Shown: positions 36,683-45,476 of the stretch, piece by piece | How the letters are laid out: the number at the start of each line of letters is the position of its first letter | Numbering within the stretch: the stretch's first letter is position 1 | Virus record (IMG/VR): IMGVR_UViG_3300017757_000006 | Location: 1 to 59,275 of that record | Direction: 5' to 3' (one strand) | DNA from: a virus | Lineage: Duplodnaviria > Caudoviricetes | Length of the DNA stretch: 59,275 nt | Position numbers and translations under genes: made by a program | The notes under the pieces: generated by a model | The model's database searches: none | What the model saw: the letters and a program-made list of their open reading frames with translations, nothing else | What the model was told of the DNA's origin: nothing

Positions 36683-37743
36683 AGTTCTAAGTCACTCGCT
36701 TCTAAGTATAGAGATTTCATCATGGATGTTAGTCTATCTTTATCTAACTCCACATCTAATTCATCAATATATCGCTCTAACACTGTCATAGTATCTTCTG
36801 CATTCTCAACAATCTCATCAGACACATTAGATGCATCCAACTCACTAAAGTCCTCTACAATCTTAACCTCATGGGCTCCAGATTCGGACAACACTTTATC
36901 AACAAACCTATCGAATTGATAGATATCTTTTTTATTGACAACGACTATTCTAACATACTTATCCCTTAATGTCAATACATCAAAGTCAGAAAAATCCTTA
37001 GTACTATCATCATAGTATACTTTTTCAAAAATTGTGTGGGGATTGATGATACGTTCAAGTTCCCTCGTGTTCGTGTCAAACACATGGAATCCTTTTGGAC
37101 AACCGTTATCAGACCAAGTCATTTGATATGTGTTACCAAGATAGAACACCTGTCCATCGTCAGATTTCTTGTGGAAGTGTCCACTGAATACTGTATCGAA
37201 TTTCTTTAAGAATCCTTTATCATATCCACCTTCTGCAAAGTGTCCAGCGTGCATCTCAAACCCATTAATCTCTAAGTGTCCCATAGCAACCTGTGCTTTG
37301 GTATCCTCAATATGTTTCATGGTTTCTGCGTAATTATCAGGACAAATCCAAGGAATAAAACAGATAGGTGTTCCGTCAAATTCTACTGTTGTAGCTGCTG
37401 GGTATGTATGAATGTTATTAAACTTACCATTAATCAACTCATCCAGTGAGTTCACCTCATTGGTATTTTTGTAGAATGTATCGTGATTGCCAACCATCAT
37501 ATGGACAGTGACACCCAAGTCTACAAATCTTTGTAGGAATCGTTCACGGAAATCTTTAGCAATCTTGTATGAGACAAACTTACGTCTGTCCATAACATCC
37601 CCCAAGTGAATAACTGTATCAATACCATTCTCCTCAATATAAGGAAAATATACCTCTTCCCAAAATTTGTAGAAGTAATCGTTGAATGCTAGGTTATCGT
37701 TGCGGGCGCCAAAGTGTGTATCAGTTATTAGCGCTATCTTCAT
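36679..37743 (-). CDS. gp47: Mre11/SbcD-like nuclease
   Basis: DTHFG, GDVMD, GNHD, GH, SGHFH. Confidence 0.95.
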   Translation of the reverse strand: MKIALITDTHFGARNDNLAFNDYFYKFWEEVYFPYIEENGIDTVIHLGDVMDRRKFVSYKIAKDFRERFLQRFVDLGVTVHMMVGNHDTFYKNTNEVNSLDELINGKFNNIHTYPAATTVEFDGTPICFIPWICPDNYAETMKHIEDTKAQVAMGHLEINGFEMHAGHFAEGGYDKGFLKKFDTVFSGHFHKKSDDGQVFYLGNTYQMTWSDNGCPKGFHVFDTNTRELERIINPHTIFEKVYYDDSTKDFSDFDVLTLRDKYVRIVVVNKKDIYQFDRFVDKVLSESGAHEVKIVEDFSELDASNVSDEIVENAEDTMTVLERYIDELDVELDKDRLTSMMKSLYLEASDLEL

Positions 37744-38293
37744 TTATCTTTATCTCTTCACCGTCATCATCATAAAATTTTTCAAGTCCTTTAGGTTCTT
37801 TTTTAACCTTCTTCTTAGGTTTATACACTGCTTCATCTGGTAGGAAGTTCTTCTGTAGATAGTCTACATATCCTGCTTGCGACATGTCTTCACCTTCCAT
37901 CATCAAGTCCACATTCATGTTGGATATGATTTGGTGTTTGACATGTTGTTGTTTTTTCTCTTTAGCAATCCTACGAAGAAATGCATAGTAGATTATTTGA
38001 GTAAAATATGCAAAGGGGTTCTTTGATTTCTCTGGATTGAAGTTGCCACAATACTGTAGACAGTTTTCTATACCATCAGAAATCATCTCATCTCTGTATG
38101 TATAATTAATAAAGTTTGGTCGATAGGATAGGTGATTCGCAATTTTAAGGAAACACTCGCCGATGTAATTGGTTACTGGTGGTTGTGGGTCACCAAGTTC
38201 TTCTGCCTCTTTGCATTTCTCCTTCCACTCTTTCATTGCTTCTAGGAACTGTGCATTGTTGACGTAATGAACACCCTTTTGTTTTTTAGCCAT
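37721..38293 (-). CDS. gp55: late-transcription sigma factor
   Basis: HYVNN, NFINY, MISDGIENC, NPFAYFTQI..AFLRRI. Confidence 0.95.
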   Translation of the reverse strand: MAKKQKGVHYVNNAQFLEAMKEWKEKCKEAEELGDPQPPVTNYIGECFLKIANHLSYRPNFINYTYRDEMISDGIENCLQYCGNFNPEKSKNPFAYFTQIIYYAFLRRIAKEKKQQHVKHQIISNMNVDLMMEGEDMSQAGYVDYLQKNFLPDEAVYKPKKKVKKEPKGLEKFYDDDGEEIKINEDSANN

Positions 38294-38337
38294 TATAACT
38301 CCACATTTTGTTGCTTATAATTTACAACTATTCATAT

Positions 38338-38365
38338 AGTATACACTTTTACAGGGAAAAGTCAA
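38338..38365 (-). promoter_or_regulatory. sigma70-type promoter for gp55
   Basis: TTGACT-N16-TATACT. Confidence 0.65.
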
Positions 38366-38400
38366 TAGATATAATAAAATAATTATTTTTCAAAAACTTC

Positions 38401-38429
38401 TTGACTTTCTCTTGACAAGACGGTATTAT
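38401..38429 (+). promoter_or_regulatory. divergent plus-strand sigma70-type promoter (antisense)
   Basis: TTGACT-N17-TATTAT with AT-rich upstream tract. Confidence 0.5.
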
Positions 38430-38458
38430 AGGTATGTGCCGTTTGAGAATAGATAGAT

Positions 38459-38854
38459 CTAATGTATAGTTTTAGATGTTAATGAAGACTCCCATTCATC
38501 AAAGGCTTCTTCTGCTTCAATCTCCATTAGTTCTTCTTCTGTTGGCACCCTAATCTCATCTTCTACATCTCGTAGCATCTTGAGAACACACAACTCATAA
38601 AATCTAGATAATCCCAAAGATGCATCTGCTTTGGTAACAACCATACTTTTGTTAATGCTGTATACTTGTTCTTCAGAAAAATGTATCCATCTTCTTAGAG
38701 ACACAGACTCCTCTAGTCCTAAACTAGTGACTCTAGGTGTAGTGCTGACTAACAAGGGGTTGGTTATTTGTATCATTCCAGACTGTGTATCTTCAACTAA
38801 TCTGCAAACGATTTCTTCGCCACTTGATAATTTCAGAATTATATTTTCTGTCAT
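38459..38854 (-). CDS. Sm/LSm-like conserved protein between uvsW and gp55
   Basis: IILKLSSGEEIVC, NPL, RRWI. Confidence 0.7.
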   Translation of the reverse strand: MTENIILKLSSGEEIVCRLVEDTQSGMIQITNPLLVSTTPRVTSLGLEESVSLRRWIHFSEEQVYSINKSMVVTKADASLGLSRFYELCVLKMLRDVEDEIRVPTEEELMEIEAEEAFDEWESSLTSKTIH

Positions 38855-40326
38855 TTGATTTTTATCCTTGTAATCTCATAGTCAAATTCTTCTTCTGCGT
38901 ATATATTTATGCGTTCTTGAAAATGATTTATAGTAAAGTTCCTTTTTGACTTGTATGAAAAGTCATCTGCTATATCGAAGAGGGTAGCGGTATCTTTACT
39001 TTCACTCTTACGCAATCCTCGTCCAATACTCTGCAAGGTACGGACTCTAGATTTGCTAGGACTTGAGAACACGATGTTATGCAAATTCCGAATATTAATA
39101 CCAGTAGAAAAAGTACCATAAGACGCAATAATGATAGCATCTTTCTCTTTCTCTGTAATAGCACGAATATCTTCCCTTGTTTTAGTATCTGTTCCACCAT
39201 AGACATAGAAAACCTTCCTGTCTGTAGAATCAGATATCAACTTATGCAAAACATCTCCATGCTTCTCTACAAACTGAAATAGTATTAGTGTATTACCTTT
39301 TAGGTTCAATGTCAAGTCTTTAATGAAATCATTTCTCTTGGAGTGGGTTACGATGTAGTCCATCTCCTCTTGATAATTCATACCCTTAACAATTTTACAC
39401 TCTTCTTCTGAATATGTGAGAACTATAGATTTAATCTTAAAATCAGATAGTGTTTTTTCATCAATCAACTTTTTGGTTGATATAACTTTATTTAGAGTGC
39501 CGAACAGTCCTTCTAGTACAAGTCTGTGTGTCTGCATCCCATCTAGTGTACCTGTCAATCCAAACCTATACTTACATTGATCTAGTTTGGTTAGAATAGA
39601 AGTCAAGGACTTTGCCTTAAATAAATGCGCTTCATCTCCCACAACCAATCCAAAACTATCAAAGTATGACTTGGGCATTTTGTATAAAGATTGCCATGTA
39701 GATATTACCACAGACTTTGATATCTCTCTATCATGTCCACTGTACACTCTTTGCATATTGTTTTCAGACCATCCGTAGTCAACAAAATCTGAGTACATCT
39801 GTTCAACTAGAGATGTTGTGGGAACAAGAATGAGGATCTTATCATTTGTTTGTTCTTTTATTTTTAGTTTGTAATATCTTACAAGGATGTATATAATTAA
39901 CGACTTACCAGAAGCAGTAGGACTAAGAAGAAGTGCCCTATGTTTTCTGATTGCAAAATCCACGGCGTCAACTTGGTAATCACGAGGCGATATATTCTCG
40001 CCTCTGGAGGTAAGCTTAAGTTGTCGTATGAATCCATCCAGTGTTTCTCTGTCAATTTGTTTTTCATCTTCTAATTCCTCACTTATTTCATATGGTTCTT
40101 CCCACTCATCCAACCATTTTTTCAAATATGATAATAACCCAAGATACAACTCTCCTGTCTGTGGAGAATACAATCGTATTTTTCCATCCCATATGCGATT
40201 TCGGTATGCAGGCATAAATCTAGCGCCCGGCACTTCAAATGTAAAATGGTCTGATAATGAACGAGCAGTAGAAGGTTCAGTACTCACTTCTAAGTAAACC
40301 TCGTTCTTCTTTGTTACCTTTGTCAC
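38851..40326 (-). CDS. uvsW: SF2 helicase UvsW
   Basis: PRDYQ, SPTASGKS, DEAH, GLTGT, QSIGRGLR. Confidence 0.95.
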   Translation of the reverse strand: MTKVTKKNEVYLEVSTEPSTARSLSDHFTFEVPGARFMPAYRNRIWDGKIRLYSPQTGELYLGLLSYLKKWLDEWEEPYEISEELEDEKQIDRETLDGFIRQLKLTSRGENISPRDYQVDAVDFAIRKHRALLLSPTASGKSLIIYILVRYYKLKIKEQTNDKILILVPTTSLVEQMYSDFVDYGWSENNMQRVYSGHDREISKSVVISTWQSLYKMPKSYFDSFGLVVGDEAHLFKAKSLTSILTKLDQCKYRFGLTGTLDGMQTHRLVLEGLFGTLNKVISTKKLIDEKTLSDFKIKSIVLTYSEEECKIVKGMNYQEEMDYIVTHSKRNDFIKDLTLNLKGNTLILFQFVEKHGDVLHKLISDSTDRKVFYVYGGTDTKTREDIRAITEKEKDAIIIASYGTFSTGINIRNLHNIVFSSPSKSRVRTLQSIGRGLRKSESKDTATLFDIADDFSYKSKRNFTINHFQERINIYAEEEFDYEITRIKIK

Positions 40327-40755
40327 TTACACGACACCATCCACGAACTTGCGCCACTCAATAGCATTCTTAATTTCCCAATTACGATTGCCGACTTGTT
40401 TTAGAATGCGCTCACAGGTATCTTGACATATCTTGAAATATTCTACTTTTTGTTTTGCTTTGATAAGGTCTTCATCAGACTCCAAGTATATTGGTAAGTC
40501 TGCTTTTAGGATTTTATGGTCGAATGGATTGTCACGATATACGGTTGCGTCAGCTTTACCGCCGTAGTATTCCCACTTCTTGCGATAGAGTACTTTATAC
40601 TCTCCCTCTTTCAACAGAACGAGTTGTCTAAAGTTGTTGTATATGGTGATATATTTTTGGTGAAGAGATGCAGCCCTTAGAGATTCATCTCCAAGTTCTA
40701 TGTAGTCAATCTTCAAATCTTTTTCGGCAGATGCCTGCAATTCATCAAGTGTCAT
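40327..40755 (-). CDS. uvsY: recombination mediator UvsY
   Basis: DLKID, YYGGKA, RNWEIKNAIEWRKF. Confidence 0.9.
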   Translation of the reverse strand: MTLDELQASAEKDLKIDYIELGDESLRAASLHQKYITIYNNFRQLVLLKEGEYKVLYRKKWEYYGGKADATVYRDNPFDHKILKADLPIYLESDEDLIKAKQKVEYFKICQDTCERILKQVGNRNWEIKNAIEWRKFVDGVV

Positions 40756-40775
40756 AATGTTTCATCCTATAGTGT

Positions 40776-40866
40776 GTGGACAGGGTCAGCAGAACTTACA
40801 GTTCTATATTTTCTCTGATTAGAGAACCAACTTCAGAGTGTCTAAGTCGCATTTCCCCCTGTCCAC
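40776..40866 (-). ncRNA. candidate four-way-junction structured RNA in the uvsY leader
   Basis: 10-bp closing stem GTGGACAGGG/CCCTGTCCAC enclosing three hairpins. Confidence 0.6.
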
Positions 40867-40871
40867 TGTGA

Positions 40872-40879
40872 TATTTATA
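40872..40879 (-). promoter_or_regulatory. T4-type late promoter
   Basis: exact TATAAATA. Confidence 0.8.
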
Positions 40880-40884
40880 AGTCT

Positions 40885-41457
40885 TTATACCTTATCTCTT
40901 AAAACTTCCAGTGAATAATAATCATAATTCATAGTGGTTGTTGCAACTAAACCTGTTGCATCTGTGTCTTTAGTATCAAAATTAAGTCCAGATAAAGATG
41001 TAGGATATACATTTTTGAACAAAATTCGCACACTAGGATTATTCTTATTTGTCATAATAGTAAGTACTGCATCACTTGTAAGTGCTGATACTTTATCTGC
41101 ACCACTACGAGTCGCTGCAGCATCTAGAATAGCATCTTCATATTGTTTAGTACTTTCTGGAAATCCAATACCTACCATCCAATTATGTATCTCACGCCAA
41201 TTGTGTAAATTTTCCTGTACATTGAATGATAGTTCTATTGGTTCATAGTTGATGGTATCTCCCATCATAGGAAGTGCAGTGAATCTACTATTCAATACTG
41301 CGTCACCAGAAAATGCAATGCCCGGCAAGTTTGCCTCTGTGATAAAGTATTCAGTGTTTGGAATTTTCAGAATAGAAAAACGGAACTGAGTTGGGCGTGC
41401 CAAATCAAGATTATCTGGTTGTCTATCTAGAGGATTTTGTTTAACTGCCATTGTCAT
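40885..41457 (-). CDS. gp3: tail completion/sheath stabiliser
   Basis: ANLPGI, GDTINYE, NWREIHNWM, SDAVL, PTSLS; position after gp23. Confidence 0.85.
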   Translation of the reverse strand: MTMAVKQNPLDRQPDNLDLARPTQFRFSILKIPNTEYFITEANLPGIAFSGDAVLNSRFTALPMMGDTINYEPIELSFNVQENLHNWREIHNWMVGIGFPESTKQYEDAILDAAATRSGADKVSALTSDAVLTIMTNKNNPSVRILFKNVYPTSLSGLNFDTKDTDATGLVATTTMNYDYYSLEVLRDKV

Positions 41458-41475
41458 ACTTCCTTTTCATACAAC

Positions 41476-41483
41476 TATTTATA
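41476..41483 (-). promoter_or_regulatory. T4-type late promoter
   Basis: exact TATAAATA. Confidence 0.8.
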
Positions 41484-41487
41484 AGTC

Positions 41488-41515
41488 AAAAAAAAGGGAG
41501 AACCGAAGTTCTCCC
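41488..41515 (-). terminator. intrinsic terminator after gp23
   Basis: GGGAGAAC-TTCG-GTTCTCCC-TTTTTTTT. Confidence 0.95.
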
Positions 41516-41546
41516 CTAAAGATTGGTTATCCCAATTCTTTTTGTG

Positions 41547-42866
41547 TTACATGATGTTTGTAACTTGTACTCTTCTGTAGTACACGTTGTCGTTAGCAGT
41601 TAAAGCACCACCACGAGCAGTCGCACCACCAGCAAATGGGTTAGCAGTCATGCCGTAGCGTGTCTTGAAACCGATTTTTGGTTGGAAAGTGTTTTCACCA
41701 ACCGCACGAACCATTTGTAATGGAACGTATGGGCAGTAGAAAAGACCTGCGTCATATGGTGAAGTACCTTTGTAACCCACTGTGAAGTACTGTTTTGCAG
41801 CACCGTTTGCAGCATATGGGTCGATGTAGACTTTGTAACGTCCGTTAAGTACACCAGCAAAAGTAGAGCCTGCATCGTCAACATTCAAGTTGTTGTTCAG
41901 AGCAGGAGTGTAATCCAATTGTCCAGCCATTTGAAGTGCAGATGCAACATCAGATGAACAGATAATCATGTTACCTTTTCCTCTACGAGTTTGTTGTGCA
42001 ATTACGTTTGCTTCACGTTCTACTTGGAACATAAGTCCTTTGAACTTTTCAACACTCCAACGTCCGTTTGAGTCAACGTCCATGTCAAATATACCACCTG
42101 TAGCAGTATCTACTTGAGCGCCTGGCTTAGCAGTTACATATACTGTACGAACAACTTCACGGTTGATTTCGTTCAATATTTCAGCAGATAGGATGTTTGC
42201 AAGTTCTGTTTCAGCGTCCAAACCGTGGATTGCTTTAAGGTCTTGTGCAAGTTCCATTGTGTATTCTGCTTTAAGAGCACGTGATTTAGCAGTAACAGTT
42301 TGCTTTTCGATTGAGAAAGACATCTCAGCGAATGCATTGTTAGATGCGTCACCTAGTGCTTCAGCAGTTGTAGTTGACATACCACCATCAGCAGTATATG
42401 CGCCTGGCGAACCATCGTTAAGAACAGCAGGGTTAGTTTCACCGTTAGATGAAGTACCGGCGCTGCCTGGGATGTTTGAGTTTGCAGCAGCACCTGAGAA
42501 TGCAGATTCTGCTTCGTTGTAGAATGCTTCATCGCCTGTCTGTGAATCAAAGCGTGAGCGCATTGCGAAGATCAAGCCTGTTGGGCCTGTCATTGGTTGA
42601 ACGCCAGCAATATCATATGCGATAAGGTTAGGCATAGAACGTCTAACTAATGAGATCATAATTGGATCCCAGTTGTCAACATTTGCGCCTGTAGCGTTAA
42701 CTGGTGCAGCTTCTGAAAGGAAGTTTGAATCCTCACGAAGTGCTTTTTCTTGGTTTTCTAGGATAACTGTGGTTACAGCTTTTTTGTAAGAATCCTTGAT
42801 CTCTGGAAGATCATTGTGTTCTAGGACTGGCTGCCACTTTTCCTGTAGATGTTCTGTCTGGAACAT
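41547..42866 (-). CDS. gp23: major capsid protein
   Basis: VQPMTGPTGLIFAMR, KSRALKAEY, ELAQDLKAIHGLDAE, FQPKIGFKTRYG; LSE|AAP cleavage site. Confidence 0.98.
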   Translation of the reverse strand: MFQTEHLQEKWQPVLEHNDLPEIKDSYKKAVTTVILENQEKALREDSNFLSEAAPVNATGANVDNWDPIMISLVRRSMPNLIAYDIAGVQPMTGPTGLIFAMRSRFDSQTGDEAFYNEAESAFSGAAANSNIPGSAGTSSNGETNPAVLNDGSPGAYTADGGMSTTTAEALGDASNNAFAEMSFSIEKQTVTAKSRALKAEYTMELAQDLKAIHGLDAETELANILSAEILNEINREVVRTVYVTAKPGAQVDTATGGIFDMDVDSNGRWSVEKFKGLMFQVEREANVIAQQTRRGKGNMIICSSDVASALQMAGQLDYTPALNNNLNVDDAGSTFAGVLNGRYKVYIDPYAANGAAKQYFTVGYKGTSPYDAGLFYCPYVPLQMVRAVGENTFQPKIGFKTRYGMTANPFAGGATARGGALTANDNVYYRRVQVTNIM

Positions 42867-42897
42867 TGTTATTTCTCCTTATTGGGTTTTCTAATAA

Positions 42898-42905
42898 TAT
42901 TTATA
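42898..42905 (-). promoter_or_regulatory. T4-type late promoter for gp23
   Basis: exact TATAAATA. Confidence 0.85.
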
Positions 42906-42924
42906 AAAAACGAATCTTTCATCG

Positions 42925-44097
42925 TTATTTTGCACGCTTTACATTTTTGCTAATTGCACTCATATAAGCACTCATAGCGCCAGTTGTATCAAAAGATTGA
43001 CCGTTTTCTTCAACAGCATCTACTGATTCAGCGACAGTTGTTGCCTTTGGAAAATAACTTTCCTTCAGCGTTTCAAGTTTTTCACTGAAAGCTTCTTCAG
43101 TTGTAAACTCTACATCTTCTGCAAGAGACTTAAATTTTTCAATTTCTGTATCTGCAAGGTCAGAAGCGACTTCTGCGAAAACTGACTCACGAACCAATAC
43201 ATCTTTTTCACTCTTCAGTGAAGCAGACTTTTCGATTTGTTCATTCAATTTTGCTTCCAATTCATCAATCTTTACAGACTGTTGACCTAGAATGTCATAC
43301 TTTTCATCTGGAATATCAACATAATGTTCTTCGAACAATGATTTTAGTCCAGAAATAAAGTCTTCTGCGATCTCACCTTTGAGTCCACGCTCAATAGCGA
43401 TTTCGTTTTCTTTCATCCACTCTTCTACAACGTAGTTCATGTATGCGTCAACTTTTTCAGTCAACTCACTGCGTACTGAAGCAACTTCTTCTGCAACTTC
43501 TTGCATTTTAGCTTCTTCAATTCTCGCAACTTCTGAACGAAGTTTTGATTTAACAGCAGCTTCAAAGATTGTGGATGCTTTTTCTTTGAATTCCTCAGAA
43601 AGTTCTTCACCTTGTGTAAGGGCAGTAACATCTTCAGAAACATCTACAGATGCAAGACGGTCTTCCAAAGTAGATTCATCTACTTCTTCTTTATCATCTT
43701 CATCTTCTTCTTCTTCTTCATTTTTCATAAGCTTGTCGTATGACGCTTTCAAATCTGTTGCTTTCATTTTTTCCATTTCGGAATACATTGCTTTCAACAT
43801 TTCTGCTTTTGTCATTTTTCCTTCTTCAAGCTCCTCGCCTTCATGATCGAGTTCTGTGTCTTCTTTGGTTGCACTAGCTTTTGGTTCTGCAGCTTTCTTA
43901 ACTTTTGCAGACGCCTTTTTACCAGCACTGTCCTTTGATTCTGGATCAACGACAGCTTTACCCAAATCTTCTACTTCCCCATCGGCTTTTTCCATTGAGT
44001 CGCTTTTTCCAGCTCCGTCAGTAGGTTTCTTTGCTTCTTCAAGCTCAGCACTAACTTCCGCTTCCAGCTCCTCAATTGTCTTGTCTAGTTCTGACAT
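42925..44097 (-). CDS. gp22: prohead core scaffold protein
   Basis: IFEAAV, VDAYMNYVVEEWM, LKSLFEEHY, LKESYF; start MSELDK after AAGGAG. Confidence 0.9.
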   Translation of the reverse strand: MSELDKTIEELEAEVSAELEEAKKPTDGAGKSDSMEKADGEVEDLGKAVVDPESKDSAGKKASAKVKKAAEPKASATKEDTELDHEGEELEEGKMTKAEMLKAMYSEMEKMKATDLKASYDKLMKNEEEEEDEDDKEEVDESTLEDRLASVDVSEDVTALTQGEELSEEFKEKASTIFEAAVKSKLRSEVARIEEAKMQEVAEEVASVRSELTEKVDAYMNYVVEEWMKENEIAIERGLKGEIAEDFISGLKSLFEEHYVDIPDEKYDILGQQSVKIDELEAKLNEQIEKSASLKSEKDVLVRESVFAEVASDLADTEIEKFKSLAEDVEFTTEEAFSEKLETLKESYFPKATTVAESVDAVEENGQSFDTTGAMSAYMSAISKNVKRAK

Positions 44098-44134
44098 TGG
44101 GATCTCCTTGATTGGTTTTGTCTTATCATAATCA

Positions 44135-44142
44135 TATTTATA
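44135..44142 (-). promoter_or_regulatory. T4-type late promoter for gp22
   Basis: exact TATAAATA. Confidence 0.8.
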
Positions 44143-44146
44143 ATAA

Positions 44147-44794
44147 TTAAAGTTTAGACATAAATTTTGCAAAGGCAAGTGCGGAAACTTTAGAGTCCCT
44201 ACGTCTTACCCCTTCATTTATATCATTCTTGATTTCGGCAACGTCAACTTCTTTCAGTATACCATTGTTCCATACCCACTCTTTACCTTCCATAATACCT
44301 TCAACAAAGGCTTGGGGTGCAGAAGGGTCTGCAACAATATCTGCCCCAGTGGCACGATAAAAATCATCTTTCACATAATTCGCACCTGATTTACTTTCGA
44401 TAGAACCCATGCCTCTTGAAGAGACACCAAGTTTACCACCGTCTTTAATTAGTGCTTTCGCAATTTCCCCCATCGGAGTTGAGAGCAATTTTGCTTCACC
44501 GACAAAGTTCTTTCCATCCGCTTCCAGTTTTGTGATCATGTGCGATACTCTGTCAAGATTGACAGTAGGGCCTTCTGGATGTCCCAGCTCCCCGAATGCA
44601 CGACCTTCAGCAACAAATTCTTTGTTATAGCGTTTCACTTCTTTATTAAGAACCGCCATTGGGTAGACACGACCATTACGGTTTTTCATGTCTGCCTGCA
44701 TAAAGATTCCACGAATCTTCATATCCTTTTTACCATCCTCTTTTTCTTCAAGGATGTATTCTACGTCTTGTATCTGTTCTGCTATTAGTTTCAT
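44147..44794 (-). CDS. gp21: prohead protease
   Basis: NRNGRVY, GELGHP, GVSSRGMGS, DIVADPSAP. Confidence 0.95.
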   Translation of the reverse strand: MKLIAEQIQDVEYILEEKEDGKKDMKIRGIFMQADMKNRNGRVYPMAVLNKEVKRYNKEFVAEGRAFGELGHPEGPTVNLDRVSHMITKLEADGKNFVGEAKLLSTPMGEIAKALIKDGGKLGVSSRGMGSIESKSGANYVKDDFYRATGADIVADPSAPQAFVEGIMEGKEWVWNNGILKEVDVAEIKNDINEGVRRRDSKVSALAFAKFMSKL

Positions 44795-44795
44795 A

Positions 44796-45044
44796 TTAGA
44801 ACCCCACTGATACTATTGGTGTGATAAACAGTGATGTTGCACCACGAAATCCTACACCAATGTCAGTACTGATAACAACACCAGCATTTGCATTAATTCT
44901 GATTGAACCAGTATCACCATCATCAGCAGCGTTTCTAATTGTAACTGCCTGTTTTGAACCGTTATTAAACACATAGTGTGCAGTATGTGACTTGCCCTTG
45001 GTTGCACCAGTGGCGAGCGCTTCTTCTGCTCCGATTATCTTCAT
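44796..45044 (-). CDS. hypothetical head-module protein
   Basis: ORF between head genes; TATAAATA at 45130-45137 upstream. Confidence 0.65.
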   Translation of the reverse strand: MKIIGAEEALATGATKGKSHTAHYVFNNGSKQAVTIRNAADDGDTGSIRINANAGVVISTDIGVGFRGATSLFITPIVSVGF

Positions 45045-45055
45045 GTTATCTCTTC

Positions 45056-45304
45056 CTAAATTGCGAGCATTTCTTTTTCAAAGTAATTCATAAGTGACTT
45101 AGTAGGTACTTTGAACTTCTTAGAAACACTATTTATAGTTTTATCAAAAGTATTTAGGAAATCTGAGGGTTTAGAGTCCATTTCCTTAAAAATAGCATCA
45201 ATAGCCTTCCTCATCTGCGGAGATAACTTCTTATACTCCTTAGATGATTTGTGCTCATCTTTCTCTGGTAAGTTCTGTTTGAACTGTGAAAGAGTTTTAC
45301 TCAC
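45056..45304 (-). CDS. prohead core-region protein with CTS-like N-terminus
   Basis: MSKTLSQFKQNLPE; gp68-like position. Confidence 0.6.
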   Translation of the reverse strand: MSKTLSQFKQNLPEKDEHKSSKEYKKLSPQMRKAIDAIFKEMDSKPSDFLNTFDKTINSVSKKFKVPTKSLMNYFEKEMLAI

Positions 45305-45476
45305 TATCTTCTTCTACCTCTGGTATGTGATGTGTTACAAATGTTTTCGCAACATCTACACGTTTTGTTTCCAATGAATCTCCAACTTTTGCAGCGAGAG
45401 CATTGTTAAAGTGGGTTTCTGCTGCAAGGTTATTTCCTGATGCAATAGAGTCCACAAAGTTTTTTACGTCTTCCAT
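45297..45476 (-). CDS. gp67: prohead core protein, gp67-like (59 aa, not in ORF track)
   Basis: MEDVKNFVDSIASGNNLAAETHFNNALAAKVGDSLETKRVDVAKTF...; directly after portal. Confidence 0.75.
   Translation of the reverse strand: MEDVKNFVDSIASGNNLAAETHFNNALAAKVGDSLETKRVDVAKTFVTHHIPEVEEDSE

Noticed and set aside
40776-40866. tRNA or tRNA pseudogene
   Set aside because: Cloverleaf-like topology, but no GTTCRA T-loop, no D-loop GG, no 7-nt anticodon loop, no CCA
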